Origin: Raillietiella orientalis
Lineage: Eukaryota
Direction: 5' to 3'
Assembly (NCBI GenBank): GCA_036172245.1
Contig: JAYWIR010000002.1
Span: forward strand, 4,340,001 to 4,404,000
DNA: 64,000 bases
The notes under the pieces were generated by a model, which was not told the origin of the DNA, did not search any database, and saw only the letters and a program-made list of their open reading frames with translations. Numbering within the stretch: the first letter of the stretch is position 1; each line of letters opens with the position of its first letter. The position numbers and the translations under genes were made by a program. This document shows, piece by piece, positions 61,401-64,000 of this stretch.

Positions 61401-64000
61401 TCCACTAGACAGGATATATGTAGTGTTTTTGATTTACAAAAAAAAAGAACAGAAAAAAGGAAAATCAACTATGAGAGTAATTGAGATACAACAGTTGGAC
61501 TTTTCAAGTGATATTGCAAGAAAACCTTAGTCAGTTTATTCATGAGGAACTGGTTAATCCTAAGATGAAATAGTAGAATTCGAAAAAATTCTGAATGAAA
61601 AAAGCATGTTAACAAATCGAACGCGTCGAAAGTTCAGTAATATTGAAACAGTTGAAAGTTCAATGATGTATAATCACCGCAATATTTAGTGATTGAGTGA
61701 GGGACGGTTTCAAGGAATCGCAGTTGAATGCAAAAAGTCAAGTGAGCATCAGAAAATCCCCAACTCTAATATTTGCTTTGGTCATCATCAGTGGAAGGAA
61801 TTGACACGAATGCCATATAAAAGGGAACACTGTGGATAAAGAAAGGTGAAGAAGCAGATTGGTTCAATCACTAAATCTTTCAATATGCATTAAGCTATCA
61901 TAACTAAAATCGGAGATATATAGTTTTATTCTCACAGATTGATCTAGTTAACATTTCTATGAGATATATAGGATTTCATTTAGGCAAACTGAACACCTTG
62001 TTTCATAAACTTGGTAGTTGATGAAAGTTTTGAATTATATGTACAAATGAGATCATTATTCCTCTAAGTAACTAAAAAAAAGAAAGTGACTGTTTCCTTT
62101 GGCTTTTTATTTTTGGCAAACAGTTAAATTCATGTCTTAGCTTCTTGTTCTTTGTGAATGCCATTCTCATTTAATCTAATTAAAAGGTTAGTTGAAATAA
62201 TTGGATGATCTTCAGTTTTTTTCTATTTTGTATTCTCCAAACTAATGATCTTCTTTTCTACGTAAAAATATGGGAATAAAATGTTATTTGTTTCGTCTTT
62301 TTCCAGTTCTCTAGTAATGATGATTCTTGCTTTTAACTTTCGTTAACCAAAACACTTAATCGTATTTTTTTTTAATTCGTCATTAATATCTATAGAAACG
62401 TGTAGTCTTGTGAGACTCTTTTTGATCTTTTCATTTAGCGAATTTCTCATAATAAATCGAAGCTGTATTTTTATTCTTATTTATTGATTGATTTGTAGCT
62501 CAAAATCCAAATAGGTCAATAAATTCTGTCTACCTGTCCTAATCATGTTAAGCGAATTTGTAAGCGGTACTATTGTGCATTTTTCGCTCGATTTATCTAT
62601 TCTTTGGTATGAGCAATGTTTTCCTATTGATGTTTTTTTTTTATATAAGAACGTACATCCCATACGTTTACTAACTCAGTACTCTACAACTTTTGTAAAT
62701 GTTTCACTCTCTATAAACATATGTAATGCATACACATAATATACAAAGCATACCTGAGAAATACATTGCATTTATTTTCATAGATACTCAAAGCCATGCC
62801 AATGAATGAATACTGCCGTTGAAACTTTCAAAATACCGACTTCAAAGTGCTATAAATTGATTTCGTGACTTGTTCATAAATGCAAAGGTACTACATTTCT
62901 GATGATATGCTAGAACACGAATGGAATTTGAGGCTCACAGTGCTTTATGTGTGGCTCTCGAGACTTTTGGAAAATTACAATTAACTTCTTCATTATAATC
63001 CTCGCTGATATAAATCTACCATCTCATCTAATAGCAGACATTCATATAACTTAAAAAAGAAAAAAAAAAAGACTTTTACAAGCACTTGGCATTCTTGTAG
63101 CACATTTCTTAAATGGGCATGCGGCTTGTTGACAATAGGCTTTCTATGCTTCTTTGCTATAAGATGGCGGGATTTTTGATTGCAGGATGTTTTACCTAAA
63201 GTGGAAAATCAGATTTTAGCAATGGATAATGATCTCGAAGAAATAAATAATTTTTAAGTTTATAAGAAAATTCCAACCTTTATTGAAAAATATACTTCAT
63301 AAATAAATGATCTAAAATAAATGGCATGTGCAGATAAATGTTTTAAAGATTACATTGAGACAATTCACCTGTTTGTCCCACAAGAAATCAAAGTATGTAA
63401 TTGCAATGTATTTGGTGGGGTAGTATATGTTTATGTAGCAAAGCTTTGAGTGAATATGCTTTAGATTTTTCTGGATTAAAGCTTTTACGGAGGCAAAGAT
63501 TAAGGTTCGCATTTATGATATTTTGATAATTCTCTTTTAACGTAGGTTCAGATTTTTTTTTCTAACAATAACTGAATTCAGATTCAAAGCAAAGCATGTA
63601 ACAGTAGAGTTCTTTTGTTCGGCAAATTTCGAACTCCGTTGAGAACTCATCACTTCCCGTCTAATGTGAAAACTGTTAAGCAAACCGCCTTCGTAATTAG
63701 AGTGGAGCAGGTGGGAACGATGCACATTTAGGAAGTAGTATTGACTGAAGTAAACGTAACCTTAGTGATATGGTGTACACACTTTTGGAAGAATCAGCGT
63801 TTAGGAACAAGAGAGAAGATTCTGTTTCAATGATTTACTACGTTTTCTAAGCGTGTTCTTCATTTCAATTTATTGTGTTTTGAGTAAATAAAGCTATTTT
63901 ATGTTGCTGTGAGCATGGAAATAGTTCATACAAACATGTAAACTTGTACGGTACTCGAAATTGATTATGAATTAAAGAACACTGAATATCAGTAATTGTC

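Noticed and set aside
59370-64000. Additional gene or transposase in the AT-rich tail
   Set aside because: Only short ORFs with frequent stops and no recognisable domains.

Overview
Eukaryotic (invertebrate animal) genomic DNA. Minimal GT-AG introns of 47-65 nt and TTTCAG-type acceptors suggest a nematode, possibly a basal clade I lineage, but that is inference. Two spliced genes are supported. (1) A ~47-kb minus-strand synaptotagmin-14/16-type gene: N-terminal TM helix plus Ca2+-independent C2A and C2B domains, 9 coding exons from 49686 to 2291, 467 aa as modelled. (2) A compact plus-strand cytosolic malate dehydrogenase (MDH1): 4 coding exons at 57229-58409, 338 aa, oriented head-to-head with the first gene. 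The large Syt14 introns hold most of the unusual sequence. The best candidate for something undescribed is an ~850-nt element (27285-28137) with a tRNA-His(GUG)-derived Pol III head followed by ~13-14 tandem, structurally homologous but sequence-divergent bulged hairpins (GGAG/CTCC base, CCC/GGG top), bracketed by a 20-bp direct repeat. Also in the introns are a frameshifted Polycomb Scm/Ph-like FCS-finger+SAM fragment, an AT-rich TIR/foldback element, a pre-miRNA-like hairpin, and weak relics resembling SDR, C2H2 zinc-finger and Penelope RT sequences. The window changes from CpG-rich to AT-rich, CpG-poor DNA near 52 kb. Most ORFs in the six-frame track appear spurious. All family assignments are from recalled motifs; no searches were run.
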